From NCBI RefSeq assembly GCF_902652985.1, contig NC_047022.1, positions 38,378,001 to 38,442,000 of the forward strand: a stretch of 64,000 bases of DNA, written 5' to 3'. The position numbers were made by a program, and so were the translations under genes. A model generated the notes under the pieces. It saw only the letters and a list, made by a program, of their open reading frames with translations. It was not told the DNA's origin and searched no databases. This stretch comes from Pecten maximus. Taxonomy: Eukaryota. This document shows, in pieces, positions 36,465 to 49,100 of the stretch. Positions within the stretch are counted from its first letter, which is position 1; each line of letters opens with the position of its first letter.

Positions 36465-39400
36465 TCAAAAAGGTTTGGACTCCATGTGATTGTCGTCAAT
36501 TGGCAGGAAGAAGAAAACAGCAGCTGCAACAGAAAAGATGAACCCTCCCCAGCCAAAGCCGTAGGTCCAGTCAAAGTCCCAGCGCTTAACGTTGATGAAT
36601 GTCTGTATTGACTCTCGAAACTTTATTGGAAAAATGATCAGTGACAGCAGGTCAGATAAAGCTGAAAAGACAAAAAGTGAGCAATGAGATGTTGATTATT
36701 TTCATAATACATATTGATAAGCAGAATAAAACAAAAACCTTGTGAATTGGAGAGCAGTTTTTAGCAGTCATATGACTATCATTCATGAACATAAGAGTTG
36801 ATAACCATGGGAGATAATTACTTACTCAGGGGAGATAACCCTGAACTGTTAGTGTTGATAACCATGGGAGATAATTACTTACTCAGGGGAGATAACCAAG
36901 AACTGTTAGTGTTGATAACCATGGGAGATAATTACTTACTCAGGGGAGATAACCTTGAACTGTTAGTGTTGATAACCATGGGAGATAATTACTTACTCAG
37001 GGGAGATAACCTTGAACTGTTAGTGTTGATAACCATGGGAGATAATTACTTATGCAGGGGAGATCTTGCCATGAACTGATAGAGTTGATAATGATGGAAG
37101 ATATTTACTCACTCAGGGGAGATAACCCTTTACTCACCAACAAGAGTGACAATGCCACCAGCTATGACATAGAGAAGTTTTCTCCTTGGGATATCCAAAG
37201 AGCAGAGTCCAAGTATACCACATCCAACAACTACCACGCTGAACAGGAGGGAGACAATGCTAAAGGTGGCACAGACCTTTACCCAGTCTGAAAAGTAATC
37301 AACATCATGGGATCTAGTATTCCAAAAGGGTTTTACATTTACACAAGGTCAATGTACAACAGGTCAAGGGTTTTTTTTTTTCAACAAACATTGAAGCCCT
37401 TGATGTTAGGAAACTTGCTATAATTCAATCATCTAAAGACTATTATAGGCGACTGGCCAATATGTCAAGGATTATTCTGACATTCTAATGATTTCTTATA
37501 TAATAGATCTGGCATCTAATTAAGTTGTATGACTGTATAAAGTGTAATGATAAATTCATTCACAAAGTATTATAAGAAACACATCACAGAAAAAAATCCT
37601 TGTCAGACTCAATTACCGGGTATATTGTACTAGACTTATTTGCATTGGTAATTTTCAGTTGAAGGATGCATAACAATGTGTGTGCTGTATATCAAGCCAC
37701 ACATATAGCATGCATCTTATACCTGTTGTGTTTGAAGAACAGGAGTCTCCTTCACAGATATCCCATAATCCCCATGTGATGCTTTGCCGGTTGTCATGGT
37801 GGAATTTCACTTCGACCCACTCCTTACCGGCGATACTACTGATCAATAGGATAACAGTTATTCCACTAAAGATCACTGCTATCAGCTGAAAAAAAGTGTA
37901 GGAAAAGTTATTAAAAAATGTATACATGTACAACATTATGTTAGCAGCATGCCAGCACCATAATTATCACTAAAATACATGAGCCAGCTTGTTTCAATCA
38001 CTAAATAGGTGATGTGACTGGCAAGGGCAAAACGACCAAATATAATTGACATGCATATGGCTGCTTAGAAAGAAGCAGTGAGATGTTTGAAATAATGAAC
38101 TGGTTACTGAAAAACTCAACTTTTGGTGGATTAATCATCAGAGTAACCAATAATTGATGAAATTGATTAATCTGAATACCAGCTATTGCTCTGTTATTGT
38201 GCACAGCATGCTGTTATAGGAAATATCAAATCCTATTGAATATGTCCCAATAGTAATTAAACCAGGTGTCTGGTGTGACAAATATCATCAACGCTTTACC
38301 AACTACAGGGTCATCATGTTATTGATGTGACATTTGTCAAAATGCATTGTACATAAGTTAAAAGAAAACTCAATGTAGGAAAGTAATGCTAGACGAATGG
38401 ACAGTGGCTATGTGAGAACTAGCTATATATAGGTTTCTATAATAGGATACATAATTGACGCTGGCATTTATGCTTGTTTGTTTTGTTTGTTTTTGTTTAA
38501 CGTCCTATTAACAGCCAGAGTCATTTTAGGACATGCCAGGTTTTTGGAGGTGGAGGAAAGCCTGAGTACCCAGAGAAAAACCACCGCCCTACGGTCAGTA
38601 CCTGGCAACTGCGCCACGTAGGTTTCAAACTCGCAACCCAGAGGTGGAGGGTTAGTGTTAAAGTGTCCGGACACCTTAACCACTCGGCCACCGCGGCCCC
38701 TGGCATTTATGCCTCTATGCTTTAAATTAATAATTGCACATCAAATGAAATAAGATTAATGTTCACATCTGGTAATAGATTTGAAGCTAAATGTACAATG
38801 TAGCAAGATGTCTAAATTTTATTTCCAAGCATTTTCAAAAGCTGTCCAAATTAATCTTAGTATAACTATTTAATGGAGGGAGCCTCTACATCCAAATCTG
38901 GTAGGCTGTTCCATATATCTATATCTATGCAAAACGTCAGTATGAATTGATGGTCTGTGTACGTCTATGCTTAATTATATAGTTTGCAGCCATTATAGAG
39001 GCTCCATTATAGAGGCTATGAGAGTCCAGATACAACATAACAGTCAGCAATGTCTTATAGTCTATACAATCTCCTAAAATATATTGTTGCTAACCAAACC
39101 GAGGCAGAACTCAATCTTTGACACCTGAATGATAAAAAAAAAACAACTGTAAAAGCAAATGGATCCGAGCCGACCCTTTTACATTTTTATTCATAATATG
39201 CGATGTTACTTTCTTGGTGTGTGTTCCATTTTTTTGGCATAGCCGTATAATATTCTTTTGGCCCCTGATATAACACGACAGGTGGCGTTACTGGTCAAGA
39301 TGAAGTATGTGATTGGTCAATATAGCGGTAAATGCAAAATGCAGATATACAGTTAAAAACGAAACAAAGTTAAGATTGAATGCAAGCTGAATAAGTGGAT

Positions 39401-39953
39401 GTTTCTTTTAAATGACAAATTAATAAAATTACATTCCTGATTCAAATGCAGTGTTATTATCACCAAAAATGATTCAAACTGATATGTTGTTATCCGTCCT
39501 AAAACGCATTATTCGTTAATTTATTTCACCAGCAGTTCTACATTACCACTAATCCGAAGGGTTCTGATGTTAATATCGCCTTTCAAGCTGCCTTGTACGT
39601 AGTAAGATCGTCAGAAAATTCGGACTACATTACCACCAGCATTAAAACTATGCCGTTTATCTTTTTTAAAGATATTTCTTGTTTTAAAATGACATGACTG
39701 ATCTCATTCAGTGAAAAGAAACAGTTGCCTGAACACCACTGTATACATTTAGCGCCAATTTGATATATGTCCCAAGTTTCCCTTCCAAAGGAGGAAATGT
39801 GTTGGAGTTCCACATTTTTTAACTTGGGTGTTCTCAACCTGTTTACTTGTAATGTAGGCCTACCTGTTTACATATTAGGACAGAACAGATTTGCTGCATG
39901 TGATCAATACAAACCTTGATTGGCCTGATCTTTACAACTGCACTGTCAACCAT
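36465..39953 (-). CDS. TMEM47: Transmembrane protein 47-like (PMP22/EMP/claudin family, VAB-9-like), 182 aa, 4 TM
   Basis: Exons 39953-39915 (MVDSAVVKIRPIK), 37885-37723 (W...WGLWDIC...C claudin signature), 37287-37138, 36661-36465 (LIIFPIKF...WDFDWTYGFGWGGFIFS...KPF*); phases consistent. Orthologue versus paralogue cannot be resolved. Confidence 0.88.
36796..37130. repeat. 57-bp tandem repeat, ~5-6 copies, abutting the TMEM47 exon-3 donor
   Basis: GTTGATAACCATGGGAGATAATTACTTACTCAGGGGAGATAACC..GAACTGTTAGT; most sense-strand units carry GA|GTAAGT. Confidence 0.9.
38227..38328. repeat. Arm 2 of the perfect 102-bp inverted repeat, in TMEM47 intron 1
   Basis: Reverse complement of 35698-35799. 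Confidence 0.92.
38474..38699 (-). mobile_element. Full-length tRNA-derived SINE with 13-bp TSD
   Basis: Head GGGGCCGCGGTGGCCGAGTGGTTAAGG (A box), GAGTTTGAAACC (B box), core GGTTTTTCTCTGGGTACTCAGGCTTTCCTCC, (CAAA)n tail; TSD CTGGCATTTATGC at 38461-38473 and 38700-38712. Confidence 0.9.
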
Positions 39954-40193
39954 TGTTTAAAGAATTCTGTGCAATATTAACGAAAGCGGTCATTTGTCCT
40001 TATTCGTGAAAACTTTGAAATAATGACCGAACTTAATTATTTCTTGTTCAGAAAATAAAACCGGAAGAAATACAAAGGGGAATAATCGTGTAACTTCCGG
40101 TAAAATTGCCATGTGGAGAAGACGAACGGAGTGGCTTGCTGTAGAAGTAGCAATATCGTTTGATTAACAGGCTAATCGGAAAGGAATATCATA
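39954..40193. promoter_or_regulatory. Compact bidirectional promoter between TMEM47-like and RBM19
   Basis: Divergent ATGs 240 bp apart; ETS/GABP-type motifs in both orientations: ACCGGAAG 40060-40067 and ACTTCCGGT 40093-40101. Confidence 0.7.
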
Positions 40194-43100
40194 ATGTCAA
40201 GAATAATAATCAAGAACCTTCCTAATAAGGTGAGAAAATAACAAAAGTAAAGTATCTAAATTACCCCCAAATCGCATGATGTTACGGCCAGCAAGCAGAT
40301 CTGTAGAAACACAAACACTGACAGGGGACATGTATAGTCTTTTAATATAAAACAATACCCTGAAATACCTATATATAAATATTTATTTTATAATATAATA
40401 CTAGACATGTCCCTGTGGACAGCCCCTGAAAACAACATAAACAAAAACGCCTGATTTAACTATTGCCTCACATTGATAATAAACAGAATTTTAAAAAATA
40501 TGGTTTTAATACTACTTAAGTGTCTATAAAGATTAATGATCGAGCTATGTTTCACGACATGAATACATATCGGTTAATTCAATGCTTTACGTAATAAGTG
40601 GTCTGAAGCTCAGACATGTTCAGATTTAATTCTGACACCAGATATATTAAACTGATTACATATGTTGTATATCGAAATGTGAAGTTCAATAACTTCAAGT
40701 TCAAGGTATACACCATTCTATAACATAGCCTTTACCGTATTCTTAAAAGATGGTAATCATCACAGTTAAAAATAGAATGAATGTTGCATGTGATCTTTAT
40801 TAGGGGACAAGTAAGAGTTGTTACAGTTTTCCTATACATATAACATGTTACCTATGTTTCAGATAAAAGAGGAAAGACTTAGGTCTATATTTGGGAAGAA
40901 TGGCCTTATTACTGACTGTAGCATGAAGTTTACAAAGGATGGTCGATTCAGAAAGTTTGCTTTCATTGGATTCAGAAGTGACGAAGAAGCTCAACATGCT
41001 ATCGGCCACTTCAATGAAACTTTTATTGACACATCAAAAATAACGGTAAAATTTCTGTTTCAGTTTTAGCTAGGGCATAATGATGTTTTCTGTGTTTTCT
41101 ATTTCATGCCAACAGGAAATCTGCTTTGCTAAATATTTGAAGAAAGTTTTGCAGTTCAGTGCTATTGGTTGAAAACGAAAAGAAAGAAAAAGATCAGTAA
41201 CATGCCTCCAATTGTTGATTATGAAAACGGAAAAGATATTGGTTCCCATCGCTAATGACATACACATCCTGCACAGAGCAGAGGGTGTGTCTTCATTAAC
41301 TAGACTATTTGACTTCACAGTTTGCATTGGTCATACATTGAACAGTTTTTAATAACACCTAATCAATTAAAGGTCAAGATCACATCAAAATTTTCCTACA
41401 GATTCTTTGTCATCAGTCCAGCATTTATATGACAGGTTTGATACATCACAGATGTATTGGATTTTGCCATCGCAATCTTTTTTGTCAATTTACTGATTCA
41501 TAGGAATGATTGTATTTTATACCTTCGGGTGGCTTATTTATATATATTTCTTACCAGGGATATTGATGCAGTAAATAAATCAAGCAGGTAGAGTAAGGTA
41601 CCTGGTATTATGAGCCTTGCTTATGATTATTCTCTTATACATTTATAGTGATTTTAATGTCAGGGAGTTTGAGAACTCTATCCCACACAACCATTTTGCA
41701 TATTAAAACTTGGCAGTACTACTTCCTTGAAGTAAATTTGTAATGACATCATCAATGTTAATGATGTGATTAATTGATTTTAAAGTGTTATTAATAGAAC
41801 TGTTTTAATTTCCATGTAAATCTGGAGTTAATAAGCCTGTGGCTGGATTCATCCTGATTGATAACATAAACATCTGTTCCTAAATATGTAGCTCTGTGTT
41901 CTACTATAATTTGTATAATGGCAAATATTTACTTATATCTTATAGCTTAAACTTTTATTTTAAATAAATCCAGGTTGAAGTTGCATCAGATTTAGGTGAT
42001 GCAAGAAAGCCGCGGTCCTGGAGCAGGTATGCTGCTGATAGCTCTGCCTATCAGAAGACAAAAGCTTCGAAAGTAAAAGAGGCTGAGGTGGCTGGCCATG
42101 GGCGGGATGAAAAGGTTACACCAAAGGTGGTTATCTAACTTCTCATAATGTTCCGACTGTATTATCGTTAAATTAATTCTGTATGTACCGCATGTATGCA
42201 CATTGACAAAAGAATGATTATGATGTCAGAACTTTTTTATTAAAAGGTCAAACAAGAATATTATACATAGACAACAGGGTGTTGGATCATATTAAAGTAA
42301 ATATCTGAAAATAAATTTCTTCTGAAGTCAGAATCTGATGTGGATTAAAAGATTTAAGAGTTAAAAGATTTGAAATAAATATGTGATATCATTTATGATT
42401 ATGTTGATCACAATTTGCTTTGTGTATTTTAGCAAAAGAAAGAGAAGAAGAAGACAGCTAAAGAAAAAGCCCTGGAGGAAATGCTTGGAGATGTATGTAT
42501 AGATTATAAGCTGTGATAGATGTATGTTGTCACAATGTAATTCTTATTTATTATTTTAGTAATTTATAAGGAGTGTGGTTTTTCGTACAACTCCTCCCTC
42601 CTGTATTACAAGGTTAAAGGTTATACACAGGCAATATGTCTAAGGTAAATTTGGCCTGAAAAAAATAATGTAGTAAATATTGAAACTACTAGAAAATTAT
42701 CGACATTTAAAAGCCAATGATATTTACAGCTAAATTGTATTTGTTTTTAAATTGATCACAGTCTAAACAATCCACCATCTACATGTACCTTCAGACTAAT
42801 GAAATGTACATTTTGTCAGGGTGAGGGCAGAGCTAGACTTAGCTTGGATATCACAAAAATATCCATATGTTTCATGATACATTTGTATGTCGTTCTACTG
42901 TCTGAAGTACATCTTAACTTGTATATTTACTGACAAAGATCTGTCTAATCCCCCTTACCATTGTGTTTACTAACAGCTGAAGGATGACCCTGGCTTTGAG
43001 GAGTTTATGGCTGCTCATAAAAGGACAGGAAAAAAGACAGTGTGGGATAACGATGCTGATGTCATAATGCCACAAGCTCAGAAAGACAAGTCCTCTGATG

Positions 43101-46100
43101 AGGAAGACGAAGACGAGGATCCAATGGATGAGGACACCAGCGAGGACAATGAGGAAGATGTAGAGGAGAATGAGGAAGATGTTGAGGAAAAAAAGAAAAT
43201 TAAAGGTAAAAGACAAGCAGGCATAATTCAGAGGGATATTTTTGTGATTAGATATTTTTTTTTAAATCATTGGAAAGATTTAGGTGATATGTCCACTTTG
43301 CATTTCAAAGATGTTATCACAGCATGTTGTAGACATTTAAACATTCGTTCTATTATTTAAAAGCGAGAGTCTTTTTCTAAAAGTGATAAGACTCTTTAAT
43401 ACATGAATGTGATGGTAACCCCAATGTTTGTTAAATAATTAACAAATACTATGTGTATGTGTATTGTCTCTAAGGATTTTGTTTCATATACAACATTACT
43501 CTTTTCTTTAATTCATTCCGATATAAAATAAAAGTAACTTTTTATCTGAATTACAGAAGTGAAGATCATAGAAGAAAAAGACAAGACTGCAACAAAAGCA
43601 GATTTGTCCGACATGGAGGTAGTGTATGGCTTAGAAAGATTATAAACTACAACTTACTGTAACTGATTTGTTTTTTATAAGACTTAACTTGTTTCACTTA
43701 AACCAGCTGAGAGGATCTGAGTTACACAAAACTATTGTATGGTAAACAATTACATAACAACAAGTAAAGATCAAAAAGTAGTTTTAGAGTTTTCTGTCAT
43801 ATATACAACAGTTAAATATAATAACAAAAATAGATTTGTTCCTTTTTATGCATACTGAACATGTCCTGATGCTATGTAACTAGCTAATCTCAGGAACTGC
43901 TGATGCGATCCTTGACAAACTGTGTTTTGGGGTGTCAAGTGACAGTGGGGGCATTTATGTCTGACAGATATTTTCTAGTTATCAAAATGTCTCTTTTGTG
44001 CAGTATCTGAAATCTAAGATGTCAAAGAAACAATTGCTTAGTGATTCAAGTTCTGACGAAGATGAAGAAGAAAGTGATTCTGATGAAAATGAAGAAGAAA
44101 GTGATGAAGGAAAAGAAGACAAAAGTGATGATGATAAGGTAGATTCTAAAAAAAGTCAGAAAAAAATGGATTCCAAGGCAACCAAGTCCAAGAAAAAGGA
44201 AGAGGCATCTAAATCAACTCAGAAAAAAGTAAGTCACTTTAAATTAGAAGTTATAGAATTTTCGCTAGATTAACATAGACATTTTGATGCTGTTGTAATT
44301 TTAATTTTAGCAGCAAGGATTAAGAGTTAATATCTTTGACAAATAATTTCAAATTTTTATTTGATAAACATAACAAAATATTTTCTAGCATATATTTTAT
44401 AAAGAAACATGTTCTATGTTTACCCTGGATATGTTATCATATTGAACTTATTTTCTTGTTGACAGGTAAATGATCCAGGACTGGTTGTTAAAATGAAAGG
44501 GCTTCATGTTTCCAGTGGAGAGGTATGTATACTGCCTAGGACAGGGTCAGATATTTACTATAGGCTACATATGACCATTTCCATTGTTTACTCCAAGTGT
44601 ACACATGTTGTTAGGTCTGTTTCTGTAGCACCTAGATTTAAGTAAGGCAGTGAAACAATAGGCATGTAACCAAGATATGAAAGAAGATTGACTCAAGTTA
44701 GACTATCATTGTCTATCTAGATAAAAAAAATTATAAGTATATCAAATTTTAGAAATAACATTTCTGATGGGGAATAATTTACTGCAAGCATGATATTATA
44801 AACACAAAGTAAAATTACTGCTTTAAACAGTCAACAAATGATTACACACAGTCTGTAGTTTATACTTAGATGTTATTGTGATATGACTGATCAGTATGGT
44901 AGATAAAAATTATACTTATTTAGAGAAATATTAATCATATTGTAAAACTGATATGTAGGATGTGGGTTCATTACTGATTCTCATCGAACTACAGCTGATC
45001 AGACTATATATTCATTGACATTCTCATGATATTATGTTTCCTCAGAAAGCAATAAAAGAATTTTTCAAGCCTCTACATTTGACTTCAATAAGAATACCAA
45101 GGAATGCTAAGAAGAAACCTTTGTATGGTATGTAATATTGTTTGTTATGTAATAATGCGTGGTATGTAATATTGTATGGTATGTAATATTGTATGGTATG
45201 TAATAATGTGTGGTATGTAATATTGTATGATATGTAATATTATTTGGTATATAATATTGTATGGTATGTAATAATGTGTGGTATGTAATATTGTATGATA
45301 TGTAATATTATTTGGTATATAATATTGTATGGTATGTAATAATGTGTGGTATGTGATATTGTATGTGTATTATATTGTATGGTATGTAATAATGTATAAT
45401 ATATAATACTGTTTGGTATGTAATATTGTTTGGTTTGTAATATTGTTTGAAGTTTAGACGGATCGAAAGTTTGTCTTGGCTCACAGTGTACCAAGAGAGA
45501 GGTCTGACTTATATCAAGCAGAAAGTAGTACTGAAATTAAAATCACAGATGATGATGACATTTGTAATTCTATATTGTGTTATATAATTCTGTCCTTACA
45601 GGTATTGCCTATGTAAGTTTTAAGAATGAAAAAGACATTGAAGAAGCCATGAAGAAGAACAAAAACTTCATCGGTATGTACAGACAGTATATATTAAACT
45701 TCATCACTATGTACAGACAGTATATATTAAACTTCATCAGTATGTACAGACAGTATATATTAAACTTCATCAGTATGTACAGACAGTAAATATAAAACTT
45801 CATCAGTATGTACAGACAGTATATATAAAACTTCATCAGTATGTACAGACAGTATATATAAAACTTCATCGGTATGTACAGACAGTAAATATTAAACTTC
45901 ATCACTATGTACAGACAGTAAATATTAAACTTCATCATTATGTACAGACAGTAAATATTAAACTTCATCAGTATGTACAGACAGTAAATATAAAACTTCA
46001 TCAGTATGTACAGACAGTTAATATAAAACTTCATCAGTATATACAGACAGTTAATATAAAACTTCATCATTATGTACAGACAGTAAATATAAAACTTCAT

Positions 46101-49100
46101 CAGTATGTATAAAACTTCATCAGTATGTACAGACAGTAAATATAAAACTTCATCAGTATGTATGGACAGTAAATATAAAACTTCATCACTATGTATGGAC
46201 AGTAAATATAGAACTTCATCAGTATGTATGGACAGTAAATATAAAACTTCATCAGTATGTATGGACAGTAAATATAAAACTTCATCAGTATGTATGGACA
46301 GTAAATATAAAACTTCATCACTATGTACAGACAGTAAATATAGAACTTCATCAGTATGTATGGACAGTAAATATAAAACTTCATCAGTATGTATGGACAG
46401 TAAATATAAAACTTCATCACTATGTACAGACAGTAAATATAGAACTTCATCAGTATGTACAGACAGTAAATATAAAACTTCATCATTATGTACAGACAAT
46501 AAATATAAAACTTCATCGGTATGTACAGACAATTAATATAAGACTTCATCAGTATGTACAGACAGTAAATATAAAACTTCATCAGTATGTATAGACAGTA
46601 AATATTAAACTTCATCAGTATGTACAGACAGTAAATATAAAACTTCATCGGTTTGTACAGTATATATATGTCCTATCTAAATTGGTCAAAATATGCTCCC
46701 TCCCAAATGGTGTGTTCCCTCCACCCAAATGTTGTGTTCCCTCCACCCAAATGTTGTACTCCCTCTACCTAAAGGTTGTGTTCCCTCCTCCCAAATGTTG
46801 TGCTCCCTCCTCCCAAATGTTGTGTTCCCTCCTCCCAAATGTTGTACTCCCTCCTCCCAAATGTTGTACTCCTTCTACCAAATGTTGTACTCCCTCCACC
46901 CAAATGTTGTACTCCCTCCACCCAAATGTTGTACTCCCTCCTCCTCCTCCCCAAATGTTGTATTCCCTCTACCAAATGTTGTGTTCCCTCTACCAAATGT
47001 TGTGTTCCCTCTACCCAAATGTTGTACTCCCTCTACCAAATGTTGTATTCCCTCCACCCAAATGTTGTGTTCCCTCCACCCAAATGTTGAACTCCCTCCA
47101 CCCAAATGTTGTGTACTCCCTCTACCAAATGTTGTATTCCCTCCACCCAAATGTTGTGTTCCCTCCACCCAAATGTTGTACTCCCTCCACCAAATGTTGT
47201 ACTCCCTCCACCCAAATGTTGTATTCCCTCCACCCAAATGTTGTATTCCCTCCACCCAAATGTTGTATTCCCTCCACCCAAATGTTGTATTCCCTCCACC
47301 AAAATGTTGTATTCCCTCCATCCAAATGTTATACTCCTTCTACCAAATGTTGTACTCCTTCTACCAAATGTTGTACTCCCCTCACCCAATATGTTGCTAT
47401 TTGATTATGATTCGAGATTTTACTTGTAGGTGGGAAGCGTATCTTTCTGAAGAAGTGTACCCAGGCAGAGCAAGGGGCCCCAGTACAGTGGGAAGATGTT
47501 CCTCGGCCATGGGAGTTGAAGGTATATTAAAATCGTCCATTTAACAGTATTGTAATTTTCAAAATCTGCCTCTTTTTTTTTTTTATTGTATCAGATAAGC
47601 TAAATCAAGAAATACATCCTTAACTTGAGGAAATACCCTAACTTCAAATTTTCCATTAGAAAGCATTACATAAACCTTTCCATAAATTCAACTTTTTCGC
47701 CATATTTTGTAAATATTTCAAACATTCATAATGTATATAGAATCATTGGACTGACTTTTCATTGATTTCAGTCAAAGGAGGAAGATGATGAAGAGGAAAC
47801 AATTGCAGAGGTAAGATAGTGTTGCCATTCAATATACAACGGTACAGAATTAGTAATAACTGTCACATGTCATTCCTATCAGATACAAAAAAGAGGTCTC
47901 GGGAAATATAACAGGTATATTTAGCTCTCGGATGATCTGAATCCATCATTTATTTTGTCATTTTTCCTAACATTTACTTACACTCTGCTGTATACAACAG
48001 AAACATTTTGTATGGAGTACATCGTCGGATGAAAGACTGTTGTATGTATTCAGACAACATTTTCAACTCCTCATTCTTCACTTGGTAATGGCAACAAATC
48101 TTGATCTTTGAGGTTTCAACATCTTGAAGTGTTGTGTAGACTGTTTACGGATGTATGCTAGATATACAATAGAGTTGTATAGACACTCAGTCCACTGACT
48201 GGCAAAGACATATTTATTAGCTATTCTACCATGTTTGCTATGCAACGCCAGTTTTGATTGGTTTAAAACCATGTATTATTTTCCAATAACCCACGCTCGT
48301 GCCAATAATACACGGTCGGGAGTCACGGCTGTAACAATTTTATATATCTAATATTCACCCTTAATGTAAAAGGTCACCATAGCCGAGTGGGCTAATGGGT
48401 TAGTCTTTCAAAATTTTTTTATCACGACGCGAGTTCGAATCCTACGGAGGACCCCCTTTTTTTTCTTCTTTTTTCTTTCTTTTTTTTTTTTTATCCTTTT
48501 TTTTTGTTTTCAAAATCAATGCTATATGATAGATGCTCTTGATCGTAGTACTGTATTGCCTGTATATTTCATCAACAAATAATGCAATACTCAAGAAATA
48601 AATAACAAGGTTTTCTCGGGGTTTCTTTGCTGTTTTTCTATTAGAAAGAGGTCGATCTCAGAACTAAACAGTACATGGTAGAATAGAAATAATCAACTTT
48701 GACTCGTGTATTGTTGCAGGATATACAACTCGGACTCGGATATTTTGCAATTTTAATTAATAACTCAGGCCTGCGGCCTTCGTTATTAATTCAATTGCAA
48801 AATATCCTCGTCCTCGTTGTATATCCTGCAATAATACACGAATCATCGTTAATTATTTCTTAAATCTACAATTCCCATTAATAATAACAAATTAATGAAA
48901 TACCATATATGATAGGTGTTTGTGATTTTACCATATGTTGTTATTAAAGTCCCATACCGGTGAAACCAGGGGACTGTAGGTTTCCTCTCCGTTCACCTTA
49001 TACGTAACATATGTATGTAATTCCAAAGTTTGTCAGCATTCTAGAGACATCATTCCTTGAAGGATTTGAAAAAAAAAACTTCGCACAATGATAAAGGACC

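Noticed and set aside
38600-38699. tRNA gene candidates (also ~7340-7400, ~16520-16600, ~30130-30210, ~48372-48455)
   Set aside because: A/B boxes are present but no complete cloverleaf; each is embedded in a SINE or repeat element
42914-43216. Hydrophobic minus-strand ORFs (also 20893-21198, 54593-54802)
   Set aside because: Antisense shadows of acidic or low-complexity coding exons
45609-47544. Many 100-300-aa ORFs on both strands
   Set aside because: Products of the 33-bp and 22-bp intronic arrays; only 45602-45673 and 47430-47521 are real exons
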